Below are positions 23,359-37,383 of a stretch of 64,000 bases of DNA, piece by piece. Within the stretch, counting starts at the first letter, position 1, and the number at the start of each line of letters is the position of its first letter. The notes beneath the pieces are model-generated. The model saw only the letters and a program-made list of their open reading frames with translations, did not search any database and was not told the origin of the DNA. This DNA is from Octopus bimaculoides (Eukaryota), in assembly GCF_001194135.2 (NCBI RefSeq), contig NC_068994.1:17463484-17527483 (forward strand), given 5' to 3'. A program made the translations under genes and the position numbers.

Positions 23359-26300
23359 TTTTATTTCATTCTTATTTACATACACGTCATCTTCATACTA
23401 TGGCACCTTAATTCAAAGCTTATTAATATTATTTAACCTCTTCAGGAAACCAATTGACTAAAGATGGCATAGATGAAATAAGAATTCAGGACATTGATCC
23501 TCACATGTACATCAACAAGAGTGGCTATACGTACTACAGTACACATTTCTAATCCAGTCTAAAACTAGCATTAAGAGAATAATGATGATTTATTGCACCT
23601 TATTGCAATAGTTTACATTTATACACATATTTAAAATTCACAATGCTATCTGACCCTTGCTAACATGGGTCACTGAAAGGATATAAAAATAGACAAAACT
23701 ATAAATGAAAACAATGATTCCAGAACCTCTTGTTCATAGTTGCTTGTACACAGAAGTTTAGTGTCTTTAATGTCTGCATTTTTCAAAATGGTTTAGTGGT
23801 TGTGAATATAAAAGTACTAACTCATAGAGCTTGCATAACATATCTTAGGAGTGTTTCGTTAATTTCAATAACATGCAGTATTTTAATTTCATATTTAAAT
23901 TGTTGGACTGCATCCATACTGGGGCACTGCCTTGAAGGGTTTGAAGTTGATCATATTGACCCTTAATTCTTACTCTTAAATCTAGTACTTGATGATGGTC
24001 TCTATTTATCAAACTGATAAGTTAACGAATATGAATGCTGAACACTGTTTTTCAAGCAGTGTTAACATCAAAACAGAAATGGAGAGTCATGTGTAAATAA
24101 TCCACACATGAACATACATTCAAATATACATACGTACATTTCAGGCTTCCACACAGTTACTGTTTGCAGGTTTTGCTCTTAAGGCAGTGTTCATTTGAAT
24201 CTGTAGTTGAAGACACTTGCCTAAGATGCCATGGTGTGGGACCAAACTCGAAACCCAAACTTCTTAACCACATGGCCATTGCCGTCTCAAAGCTTAAAGT
24301 GAAGATTTGACCTCAGCACTAAAAATTAATAAAACATTGAATTGTTATATAATACACTGAACGGCATGAAACCATGCTTATGACCTTATTTTAAGCTGCA
24401 TCATCAATATCTGTTGATAAACTAGGCTATTAAATGAGTTATTGTTGTTTAACTTCAGGTTAATAGCCATCCAGCTGTTATTATCTCATTTTATTATTAC
24501 CAGCCATAGTATATTTCATGCTGCATTATCCAGTGTGTTCTTCCGGTTTAAGATAGTAGGTTGTGATTTGGGAGAGAGAGAGTTGGCTGCTATTTCTAGA
24601 AGGTCCACTTAGTGGTCTCTCTCTCTTTGTCTTAGAGTTATCACAACAGTGATGGCATAGCTGCATATGAAGGCAGCAGTTTGGGGTTTGCTATATAAAC
24701 CAGCATAGGCTGTTTGTTGGGGTTGAATGGGAGACATACTCTAGCTATGCCACTGGTAGTACTATATGAACTATGGCCCTTGAATAGTCCCTGTTGATTC
24801 GGCTAGCTGTAACTCTGTTACATGTTCTATTTAACCTTCATGATATAAGTATGGAAAAGTAGATGTCAAAATGGAATGATTATAAAGGTATTTAAATTAC
24901 ATTGAGTGATCAATAAAACACTACTCTGGAATGTTAATGTTTTAGAAATATTAGAAACAGAATACTGTTATAGAAATAATATTTTTTACGTATCCTTTAA
25001 ATTTCATGTTTTCTTTTCTTTTCATTTCAGTATGAAAGTTTAGATTCCTATAAATTGTATTTTCATGATGTTGTTGGGTAAGTCAAAGTTTAAGTATTCT
25101 GATTCCTTCTGTAATATAGAAGCCTGAATGTAACAAACACAGTCACATCTCTTCTCTAACAAATCTTACACTTTGTAGGCTATGAATGTATGACTTAGAA
25201 TATTTAGTTTTGTCTTGTCATATTACAATGACTTCAAGGTTAGTTTTGCTTTACATCACTGAGAAATTGATAAAGTACCAGTGATGGTTGTTGTTGAACC
25301 CCAGTCCAGCCCTGACTAAGCAAATCCATGATCAGAGATGTTCCAGCTGTGATCACCAGTTTTCATAGTCTTATTGATGTCTACTCTATCCAATATGCTT
25401 CTTTCCTTTTAATATGGTAGGGTGTGATTTAAGGGAGTTCTTGTTGCTTTTTGTAGTATGTTGAGTGACCTCATTGAGCTTCCCTCATCAGATATAACAG
25501 TATAGACCTTGTACTTTGACAAAAAAAATGTCATTGTATGGTATTTTTAAAATGTGGTCAGCATGTTGTTAAGGTGCTAAACTGGCAACACAAAAGTAAG
25601 AGAACTTTTTTATATCAATTATGAAATTATAACTGGCACTCTATCGGTTATGATGTTGAGGGTTCCAGTTGATTTGATCAATGGAATAACCTGCTCGTTA
25701 AATTAACGTTTTGTTTTTTTCCTCCTCATTCTGTCAGTGGGGAGGGAGAATGCAGATACTGAACTGAGAAAGATAAAAGTAAGGAAAAGAAAGTGTTATA
25801 GAGAAGTGGATTAGATAAAGCATCTACGACCACATTATCCTCCTAGTGCTATAGTTTTTTCAAAGACAGTATGGTGTGATTTAAGAAAGATTTAGCTGCT
25901 GTTTCTAGCAGTCTGAGTACCCATGTAGAGGATCCTTCAGTGGTTCCTGAAGTTAGTTATTAGGAGACAGAAGGCTTAATTGTAAAATAATTTTTCTTAA
26001 GTTCCATGTTTGTCTTATTTAATGACATATTTTGTTTTTCTCTCTCTCTCTCTCTCTCTCTCAATCATTGTTGATGTGTTAGTGATAATTCTTTGTTTTT
26101 TTACCATTTCAGATTTTTTGTGGTGGAAGATCACATTCTGAACACAACAAGTGGTCTTGTAAACCAGGCCTATATGGATGAATTATGGGAAATGGCTGTG
26201 TCAAAAATAGCTGCTGAATTGCGTAGGAATTGTGTAAGTTTATCAGGACCTCCCCTCTCTCTCTCTCACACACACACACATCAGTTTAACTTTAAAATAT

Positions 26301-26576
26301 ATTTCCTTAACGTATCAACCTGGCATAATTTTACTGCTTTGTTTTATGACTAACTGCGATGTTGAACATAATACAAGCAGATAAGTTTTTTTGTTGTTTC
26401 TTTATATTAGCAGCGACAGGAAAACGAATTTTACTGAAGCTACCATTAAACATTGCGAGTAGGATAAAATGTGTTAATATTATTTATATGTGATAATTGT
26501 TGTTGTTTAGTGCCAAGTTATCCCTGATCAAACAAACTGGGATCAAAGGGATTTCAAATACAAAAAGACATTGTCT

Positions 26577-26608
<32 letters not shown>

Positions 26609-29600
26609 CATACATACATTTTTTTCTCTCTTCATTTTTTTCCTTATTCTTTTCTGTCAAAGAGCACAGGCTGGAAATGTCAAAGACTTTTCCATTTTTC
26701 CCAAGCGTCAAATTAATACACCTTGCTTGTTGTTCCCTCATCTGTTTCTATATATATATATATATATGAGAGAAAGAGTGAGAGAGACAGTTGGCAAGAG
26801 CTGGGTATGCTCAGTATAGAAAACTCATCATAGTACTCAAAAGTTTTGGTCCAGGTAAGGCCCATACCATCAGGAATGGGTGTAGAAGAAATCCAAATTG
26901 AGCTGATATGAGGGAAGTAATAGAGATAAATACAGTTATGCTTGACAAAATTATACATTTACATGGAGTGCAAAAGTAAAATAGAGAATAAAAGTACAAA
27001 TTAAGATAAGCTTATCTTATTCAGTATTTTTATTCTCTATTTCTTTGTGCTCCATATAAATATATTTATATGAAGCCTGTGTTTATCTTCATTACTTCCT
27101 ATATAACATATATATATGTATACCTATATTGTTCAATTTATCCTTCTTCAAGTTGATGGGATATGATTTAGAAAAAATGTGGCAGCTATTTCTAGCAGAT
27201 TGAGTGACCATATGTTTTCCATCTTTTGTGGCTCAGTGCCCCCTTTTAAAGAGTAGGATTTTGCAAACAACTCCCTTCCCATGTTGTAACAAAACATGAA
27301 AAATGAAAAGCAGTAGATCATTTTAATCAAACTGAAGCCAGTTTTAACCCTTTGGCATTTAAACTAGCCATATCAGACCCAAATATTCTACATGTTTTAT
27401 GTTCAAACTGACCAGATTCAGCCTCTCACACCTACTATACAATGTCATTCTAAAAATATACTATCACCTCATTGGAATCTAGAAGCAACAAGATAATGCA
27501 TGATTAATTCAAACAACTTTGAACAAATAAGCATTACATTTGGCAGAATAATCTGAATGTTAATGGGTTAAGCAATGATATATTTATTCATATTATAGTA
27601 TCCTGTCAAGCATGTGCCTCATTTCTAGAGGTTTGTGTCGACTAGTGCCCCCTATGGAAATGACTAAAAATGGAAACTTAAATAAGAAAATTATACTGGA
27701 TCTTAGTGCATCATCAACCATGTCTCTGCTCAATAATAATGCAATGTTCTTCCTGTTCATATTTTAATCTTGAAAAATATTATTGTGAAAAAAATGTTTG
27801 AAATACAAGTATTGCTTTAAATATTGTATTTATAAAGAAAATCGCTATACCTCTAAATACCCACTGCTTCCACTCCCATAACACACTTCGACATTTACTG
27901 TCCGTTTTCTGAACACACAATGCCCCCAAAGGGACACTACCACACAGATTAAGAACCACAGATGTAAAAAAAACTCCTTATTTTCTTGTATATGTGATCG
28001 CATTTATTTATTAAGGAAAAAAGCATTTTACACTAAATATTATATTTGATGGCATTTATATAGAATCTAAAATCTTTATTTTGAGCTACAAAATCTTTTT
28101 TGTTACCAGAAATCTTCATTTCTCAGTTTTTGTGTCTCTTTATAAAAAATATTATTAAAATTTCAGCACCCAAACTCAGCTGTCTTCTTGTATTTCAGGG
28201 ATATTGCAATTCTGAGAATATCATGTTGGAAATTAAAAACCTTATTCTTTTGTTCTGCCATACACTGCGGGTGAGTAAACTTCTTACAGTTCTGTTATGG
28301 CCATCAGACAAATTGACTGACAGTTAACTGAAATAGTGACTGGCCATCAAAGCCAAAAGTGCATATACGAGATTGTCAAATGTAATATTTTAAGCATGTA
28401 AAATAATATGAATCAATGATTAACACTTTTGTTACCAACAAATGCAAAACTTTCCCAACCTTACCAGTTCTATGATACAAATCTACTGTTTTAAAGTGTC
28501 TGAACTAAGATCATCATCAAAATTTTACATTAATTTATGTTCCAAACATCAGCTTAATAATGGCAGTTATTTTATGAAATTCTTCATTATTTTCAAAATT
28601 AATTAAAACAGAGGTAGTATATGTTTCAACAGAAACATGGTAACAAAAAGGTTAATGTTGGATTAAATTTGGTATTAAAATGGTTGTAGGGCTTGCTCAA
28701 ACTAAAAGATCAACTAAAAATGATTTGGAATGTGGGTATGTATATCCATATCCAACTTTAGAAGGATGCACCTTATTGATGAGATAATGAATGAATGAAA
28801 CTGCAGGTCTTTGCAATACATGTCTTTAGAAGATTGAGCCTTATTGACGAGGTAACAAAGCAATATGACTCTTGAAAGCCGATCTAAGATATGCCACTAC
28901 AGAAAGCTAGGTGTTCAAGTATTGATAATATTGATTTTGGCATTGACTTCAATGAGCTTCTTCACTGGGAGATTTTTATCTCATTTATGTGAATTGACTA
29001 TGTGTAGATACAGTGATGTATGTGTTATACAGTTGCTAGAATTGTAACAATATTCTTTTTGATACAAACAGTAGATTTGTATCATAGAACTGGTAGGATT
29101 TGTATCATAGAACTGGTATTCTGTACACAGTGCAATGTTGTCTTATCCAGTTTGAGGTACCTCAGTAATGTTTAATAACACTGTAACACGATTTTTATCC
29201 TTGGGTAGCAACTGTTATTTCCTATTGCATAATCCTAGAAAGTATGTAAAAGGGTTATTTCCTTCAAACTTTGCTTTTCTTACATCTATTCAAACCTCAA
29301 AGAATCCCTCTCAACTCATGACTATGATGCTCCACCCCACTACTCCTGCTCATGATTAAAGATGCACACATTGTCAACCACTAAGGGTCATGCTAAAATG
29401 GTTAAGGTCAAGCAACTGACAAGCAAATCTGAGCAGAATATTTGCTATAATGATATTTCTGCTTCAGCAACTCAGTGTTGAATGTGTCTGAAATGTAATG
29501 GAAAATAGGTCGGTTTCAAAACATTGACGTCCAGGTCACAAAAGCAAAGTTCGAAGGGAATGGTAGTAGTTATTTCTTTTGATTTGTAGATAGAAGGAAA

Positions 29601-32600
29601 TAGAAAACATTTTCTGACCGACGACAAAAAAAAAAAAAAAATGCAATTTATGCTGTTCATGGGAAGTAATTAGTGGAATGATAGTTTTGTTGGTACCAAT
29701 TCGAAATTGATGTCATTTTGTCTTTTTCCTTGGATGTATGGATAGATCTGATGTAGTAAACCTTCTTGTTATTTTTGTAATTTTTGAGACAACCAGGAAA
29801 AAGAGTGAGTTTTAAAAGAATAGTAAGTGAAATAGTTGTTATGGTGGTATATGTATGATTGTTGTGACGATGATGATGATAGTTTAAATGAGTTCTTCTA
29901 ATAATATTTTGATTATATCTTCATATCTTCAGGGCTATGGTTTCAGTGTGGGGCACCTTTTAGAATTATTACTTGAGATCAGGTTAGTATTTTTTATTTT
30001 TTGGTTCCTTTGTGCTTTTCTTCATTAGGTTATAATTAATTAATGATTTTTTTTTGCTCTTTTTGTCTGTCAAGCCAAGAAGATACATCGTTCACTTTGA
30101 ATGAAACAATCAAAAACCTATTTTGTGAAAATAGACTTTTGAAATGTTTAATATTGAATACAGCTTTCTATTCATTGTAATAATTAACAAGAGGGAGAAA
30201 CAGGAAGGCATGGGACAAACGTTTGGCCTTACAGAGGCAATCACTAATGACTGAGGCCTTTGGTGATATGCTGTGCTTGAGAAGACCTTTCAAGCTAAGT
30301 GAAATCATAGTTGTGGCCGTTGTTGATGTCACATAACCAGCACCTCTGTTGGTGGTACATAAAAAGCACCAGTTGAGTGCTGGGCCTCATGGAGCCAATG
30401 ACAAATGACCAAGACCTTTGGCAATATGCTGTGCTTGAGAAAAAGACATATCAAACCAAGTGAAATAGTAGTCCTGGCAGATACTGGTGTCATGCAACTG
30501 GCACCCATGCTGATGGCATATAAAAGCACCCATTACACTCTTGGAGTGGTTGGTGTTAGGAAGGGCATCCAGTCATAGAAACCATCCCAAATCCGACTGG
30601 AATCTGGTGCAGCCCCTCAGCTTACCAGCCCTGTTCAAACCATCCAACCCATACCAGCATAGACAACAAACATTAAATGAGGATGATGTGAAAATAAGTT
30701 TTGCATCTTGAATACAGCTTGTATCTATGGAGAATTATTTACTGCATGTAACTCGGCCTGCAGAACAATTATGTGAGTGATGAAAAACAGATTTTAAAAA
30801 AAAAGGATTAGACTGTCATAAATGATAAGTTGAAAAGTAATAATTCAATCAATCATTGACTTGTTTTGTTGTTGTAGGGATCAATATAATGAGATGTTGA
30901 TGACAAAGTGGGCCGCAATATTTGACCTAATCTTCAGTGATGACAACTACACACCAATGTACATAGAAAATGAGAAAGACTTTCAGACAATTATGGGAGA
31001 TTTTCCTTTATCAGAACAATTAACAGCGGTAAGTAATCCTGTGATGCCTTCTGTAACCTATTTTCATAGGATTCACTTTATTTCATTTGTTCTGTCTCAG
31101 TACCCTGAGTTCAAATCCTGCAATGTTCAGCCACCCTATTCCTAGACTTCATTATTAACCTCTATGCCTCGTCCTTCAGAACAGGAAATCTCTTGCATTT
31201 GTCTTACCTGCAAATATTCAAGAGGAATATTCACCAAGTTGTGCCTGCACAACAATCCTTCCTCCAGATCCAGCTAATAAAGAGGTTTTTTAAAAAATTA
31301 GATACAAAAGAAAAAGCAACAAATCTCAACCACTTGCATCTCTATGAAGTGCCATGATTCGTACACTAAGGTACAGACGTGGCTGTGTGGTACAAAGTTT
31401 GCTTCCCAACTACATGGTTTCAGGTTCCGTCCCATTGCATGGCACCTTGAGCAAATGTTTTCTCCTATAGCCCTGGGTTGATCAAAGCCATGTGAGGTGG
31501 ATTTGGTAGGCAGACTCTGAAAGATAACTAGTGTGTGTATGTCTGTATAGATAGATATAGTGAAAAATATGAGAGGAAGGAAAATACACAGAGTGTATGT
31601 ATTTTTTTTATGAGACAAGCAATTTCACTTTTGCTAATCATGATTAAGAAATTAGTGAAAATATTACAATTTCATGATATCATAAGGCACTTGCTTTGAC
31701 GTCGTGTGGAAGTTGTAAATGAGTATCACTGTCATGCAAGCAGTGTTTTTTTTTTCAATCTTCTGTGAAAACATGTCAAGTCATGGAGAAATATTACTTT
31801 ACTTGGAAATAGGTAAGGGATGGTAACAGGAAAGGCAGCCAACTGTAGAAAATTCACCTCAACAGATTCCAGCTTACCTATACAAGCCTGGCAAAGTGGA
31901 TGTTCAAATAATGATATAATAATAATGATATACTGAGTCTGGGGAATAAAATATATACATTTTGGGGGGTCCCAGAAGTAATCTTGGTACTTTATTTCAA
32001 TGATAACATTGTTTTGTTATATATTTAATATATATTTTTATGTTTTATGTTGCAGAATGACTTTCCAAAACAGTTTCCTTTCTCTCAATTTGTACCAAAA
32101 ATTTATCACGAAGTCAAGGAGTATATTAACGCTTGCTTGAAATTTTCATCTGATTTACATTTAAGGTAAGTTAATATGCTCAGCACATTATCTTGATAGT
32201 CTTAAACTTGCTTACTTCAAATTTGATACCATTTTTGTCTGACAGGTGATTAGCTAGTGCTAGGAAGGTACTCCATCTGTAAATTAATATTATACGCTTT
32301 CATGGATAAAACGTTTTTTTTGTTTTTTTAACGATTTAACCCTATCCATATCTGGCTAAAATATTTTACCTGTTTTATGTTTAATCTGACCAGATCTAAC
32401 CTCTCACTCTTTCCCTCCAATATCACTGTAAAATAAAACTATCACATCATAATCACTGCTAAAAAGATAATGCATAATTAATTCAAAGCAATATGAATAA
32501 ACAAGTATTACATTTGACAGAGTAATCTGAATGCTAAATGATTAACATAAAAATTACTGTGATTCACTCATTAGATGAAGAAATAAATGTTTCAAATTTT

Positions 32601-32619
32601 TATACAGTTACGAGAAAGC

Positions 32620-32650
<31 letters not shown>

Positions 32651-35600
32651 CGTGCATGAGAAATTGTCATGAGATATCAGACACAATAGCGTTAAGTTGT
32701 TTATGAGTTCAAACTCTTCCAGACATTTTGTTTTACCTTAGTTTATATCATGGAGAGAAAAATGCATCAAAATTTTATTGCAATAAAAATATAAACAGTA
32801 GGAAAATTATTTGGCTTTTGCAAGCACCATAAATATTTGTGAAAAGCATTTGAATTTTTACCACATCTCTGACTTATACTGCCATGGAAAACAGGAGTGG
32901 AATGATTTTGTTTTTCCTACTATTTTCTATTATCTTGGCTTTCTTAACCCTTTGACTATGAATCAAATTTCATGGTTCTTTCTGTAATGATGTTAATATC
33001 TACCAAAAAATAAGTTGGTATTTTCTGCAAGTCACATTGCCCCAATAAACTTGACATATCTCAGCAGAAAATAGTTTTTAGACATGACATTCCACAACAA
33101 AAAATAGATTGGTATAGAAACTGTTTTCTACAGTCAAGGGTAATGAAATTTTGAGTGGATATTTCTACTTTCTGCAGTAAGAGGGTTGATTAAACGAGAA
33201 AATAAGATAATGTTAATTAATTTAAAATTAATTTGAAATGTTTGTCTCTTTTTATACATTTCATTCACAGTCACACAGAAATAGATGATATGATTCGTAA
33301 ATCAACTAATCAACTTTTAACAAGAACACTTAGTGGCTGCTTATCAACTCTCATCAAAAAGCCCTCCCTCAGCCTTCTACAAGTAAGTTGATTGCATTTT
33401 CTTTCTAATTATATTTAACAGTAAATCTTCCTCCTCAGATCTTTCTAGTTTTGCTTTTGTGTATGTGTGCCTGTATTTTGACTCTGCTATATCAATGCAA
33501 AACTGAGATGCTTTTCAGAAAAGAAATCAGAACATTTGAAGGTTTCCCCATTTATAGTTTGTGGTGTATCCTTGGAAGCACTCAGAGAAGCAAAATACTG
33601 CATACAGAAATCTTGAAGCCTATGCAGTCCATCCATGTTGAAGCAATGATTACAAAATATATTCTCCTTTGAACTGTGGACGTAATCCATGTGAGGAAAT
33701 GCTGTCTGCCAAATACAGTGTTCTTTTGTGAGCTAACAGAGGACTCTCATCAACATATTGGTCTTAAAAAGTGTTGGAAAGACCACTTGAAGTGCATCCT
33801 CACTGCCTGTATGATTCCTGCCAAGGAACTCAAGAGACTTCCTGCACACTGGGAGATATGGTGAAGAGCTACCTACAATGGCATACAACTATTTGAAATC
33901 AAATGTTCCAGACCAAAGGTTAAATGAAGGACAGCTAATTAACCTTTCAATCACCAAACACAAACAGCTTGTCTTTTAATTTGTCTCTTACTAGTTTTGT
34001 ATTGCATTTGCCTATTCACCAAGGAGATGGTGAAACACAGACGGAGAAGGGCAACATTCTTTGGGCTACCAACTCATTGAATGTGATTTCTAATATTCAA
34101 CAAGTATTTTGCTGGGTTCTGAGCAGAACACTTTAGCCTACTTGCTTCTAATTTGCCTAACTGTGGGCAACCCGTACATGTCGTGAAAAGTCAATTGACT
34201 GTTTATTGCACCACACTGCATGAGATGAATATTTATCCTTTAGTTTCATTGAATGAATCTTTTCAAAAAAACCTCTTTCTTCTTTTCTTTTTATGTGATG
34301 GTACAACTTAGCTGGCAGTTTTCTCATGACCGCTAGAAGCTCAGTTTCTGTCATTTCCAAAACAAAAAAGACCTCTTTCTTGCATCTAACTAAGCATCTC
34401 AAAGTGATTCAAAAAAAGAGAACATCTTTAATATTTTGGGTTGTATCATTTGTCAAAATAATATATCTATAAAAATGTTTCTTACTTTAATATTTGCAAG
34501 TTATAAACAACCAATTCGTATTTGTCCAAGCGTGACTTTATCTGAGATTGGTGACTTAAAAAAAAATTTGCTTCATGCCATGTACAATCTCACTGCATTA
34601 TATCTTGGGCAAATATCATTTTCTTTAACCTTGGGTTGACCCACAACTTGTGAGGGAAATTGGGAAGATGAAAACTGTATAGAAATCTGTCAGATAGTTT
34701 GTACTTGTAATACAAAAGCTACAGCATTGTCACAGTCACACTGATTCCTGATTATTATGTTATCATAATAACATAACATGGGTAGAGCCTGGGGAATGCA
34801 TGAGTAGGTAATGCTGTTGGTCAAACCACTGAACCCACCTTATCAAAACTCATGGAGATCCTTCAGTACATCCCCCCACACATACACACCCATTGTAAAA
34901 GCCTTTCCTCTTTTTCAGCTCATCCAAATTTCCATTAATATGAATAACTTAGAGAAATCCTGTAGTTCATTGGAAGAATACATTTCCAATATAACTGGGT
35001 AAGTAACTGGTTTTGCTTTTTACCTGTTTGTTTGCTGAAATAAATCACAGTTGTTGTCTTTATCCTTATGTTTAATTAATTAATTCATTCATTTATTAAC
35101 TCAGCACACTGCTACAGTAACCCTTATATTTGTCTAATTTTAGTGCTGAGAAAGATAGTATTCATGTTGCTAAACTACATGGTACATCAATGTTTAAGGT
35201 GAGTTCATCTTAAAGGCTTTTTAAACTTCATTCTAATTGTTTGATAAAGTTGATTCCCATACTTTGCATTATTAGATTTTTCATGATTCTTCATAACATT
35301 AATAATACTCTGCTTTTACTCTACAAGACCTATTGAAAGTTAAGTTAGGACCAGAAAAGAATTGACTCATTGCCAGGAATTTTGACACAATCCAAAGATT
35401 CTGTTTTGGGTGATGTAACAAGGTTGATAATAACACTGTGGAGGCGCAATGGCCCAGTGGTTAGGGCAGTGGACTTGAGGTCATAGGATCGCGGTTTCGA
35501 TTCCCAGACCGGGCGTTGTGAGTGTTTATTGAGCGAAAACACCTAAAGCTCCATGAGGATCCGGCAGGGGATGGTGGTGAACCCTGCTGTACTCTTCCAC

Positions 35601-37323
35601 CACAACTTTCTCTCACTCTTACTTCCTGTTTCTGTTGTGCCTGTAATTCAAAGGGTCAGCCTTGTCACACTGTGTCACGCGGAATATCCCCGAGAACTAC
35701 GTTAAGGGTACACGTGTCTGTGGAGTGCTCAGCCACTTGCACGTTAATTTCATGAGCAGGCAGTTCCGTTGATCGGCTCAACTGGAACCCTCGACGTCGT
35801 AAGCGACGGAGTGCCAACAACAACGATAATAACACTATGTATACCGATTTTCTTTCTTGACCCCACCCCCACTTTTACTCAATCTCCTTTTGGAGAGCTT
35901 AACAGAGGTTATGTGAAGGCACATGGCTCACTGATTAGAGCATCAGGCTCACAATCATGAGGTAATGAGTTTGATTCCTGGACTGGGCTGTGTGTTGTGT
36001 TCTTGAATAAAACACTATTTCATGTTGCTCCAGTTTACTCAGCTGTAGAAATGGGTTGTGACCTCACCTGGTGCCAAGCTGTATCAGCCTTTGCTTTTCC
36101 CTTGGACAACATCGGTAATTTTGAGAGGGGAGACTGATATGCATGAGTGACTGCTGATCTTCCACAAACAACCTTGCCTGGACTTGTGCCTCAGAGGGGA
36201 ATCTTCTAGGTGCAATCCCATGATAACTCTTACCAACTTCAGTAGCGATGTCTCGGTACCAAGGGATATAACTCTTAACTAAATCCCCTACTTGGTTTGT
36301 TTCATCACTTTACAGCAACCGCAAACTGGATGTTTACAATAACCTGCCATTTTCTGAATATATTATATCTGTTTTCTTATTGAACACAATGTTCATGTTT
36401 GTAGTTTTAACATGGTGAATTTTTTACTTCAGGATGCACGCAGTGAAGCAGAAGAATATATATATAAACAGCTTAATGTGAAAATTGACGAATTTTTAGA
36501 TTTAGGTATGTATATTGTGTGTGTGTTTATGTGTGCATGCGTGTTTTTATGTGTGTGTGTGTGTGGTTAATGAGGGATACTTGAACTGTAATCTTTAGTC
36601 TAGTTGGATACATTTATGGTAACAAATCAGTAACACACTTTCAGCAACTGTAAGGAAAGGAAATCTTGCCTCCAGAATTTTGAGATATTGCAGCTAGATT
36701 AACTGCTTGGAAGGGCAACAGCCATCACACTCCTTGGGGCCACCAAAACTCTAAAGTGTAAGGGCAAAAGTTATCTTTGCAGCTGGCCTGAATGCTTGCA
36801 ACAAACATTAGTGTTAAAGTAAGCAATGGATGAAGTCTCTAAATAGTTATATAACAAATCAATCTAAAAATATTTTATTAACAATTTCCTATACAATTAT
36901 TCATATTATTCTAAAAGATTTGTTTTAAACAATGATTAATAAAACAAAGGTGGCATGAGAGACAGATATAATTCTTTTGTTTTATCACCAATACATATTT
37001 TCACATCACTAGAATTTGAACGTATATTCATAATAATTACATTATGAAATTAATCAATTAATCTGGTAATGTTAATGTTTTGTGTCAAACAAATATCTTC
37101 TCCTGCATGTTTCTAAACAAATGTCTTCTTCTGCATGTTTCAGCAAATTATGACTGGGCGTTAATGGAATCTAAAGGTCATGCAAGTGGCTACCTCATGG
37201 ATCTTATCGCTTTTTTACAAAGTACATTTATGTCATTCACTAACCTGCCAGTAAGTCATTTTGATTTTTGTTTTGTTTTTCTCTCTATAATTCCCCCCAC
37301 TCCCCCTCTTCACTCATGCAAAT

Positions 37324-37383
<60 letters not shown>

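Noticed and set aside
35438-35512. tRNA-like sequence with A and B boxes
   Set aside because: It is the head of a SINE with body, tail and TSD; no clean cloverleaf.
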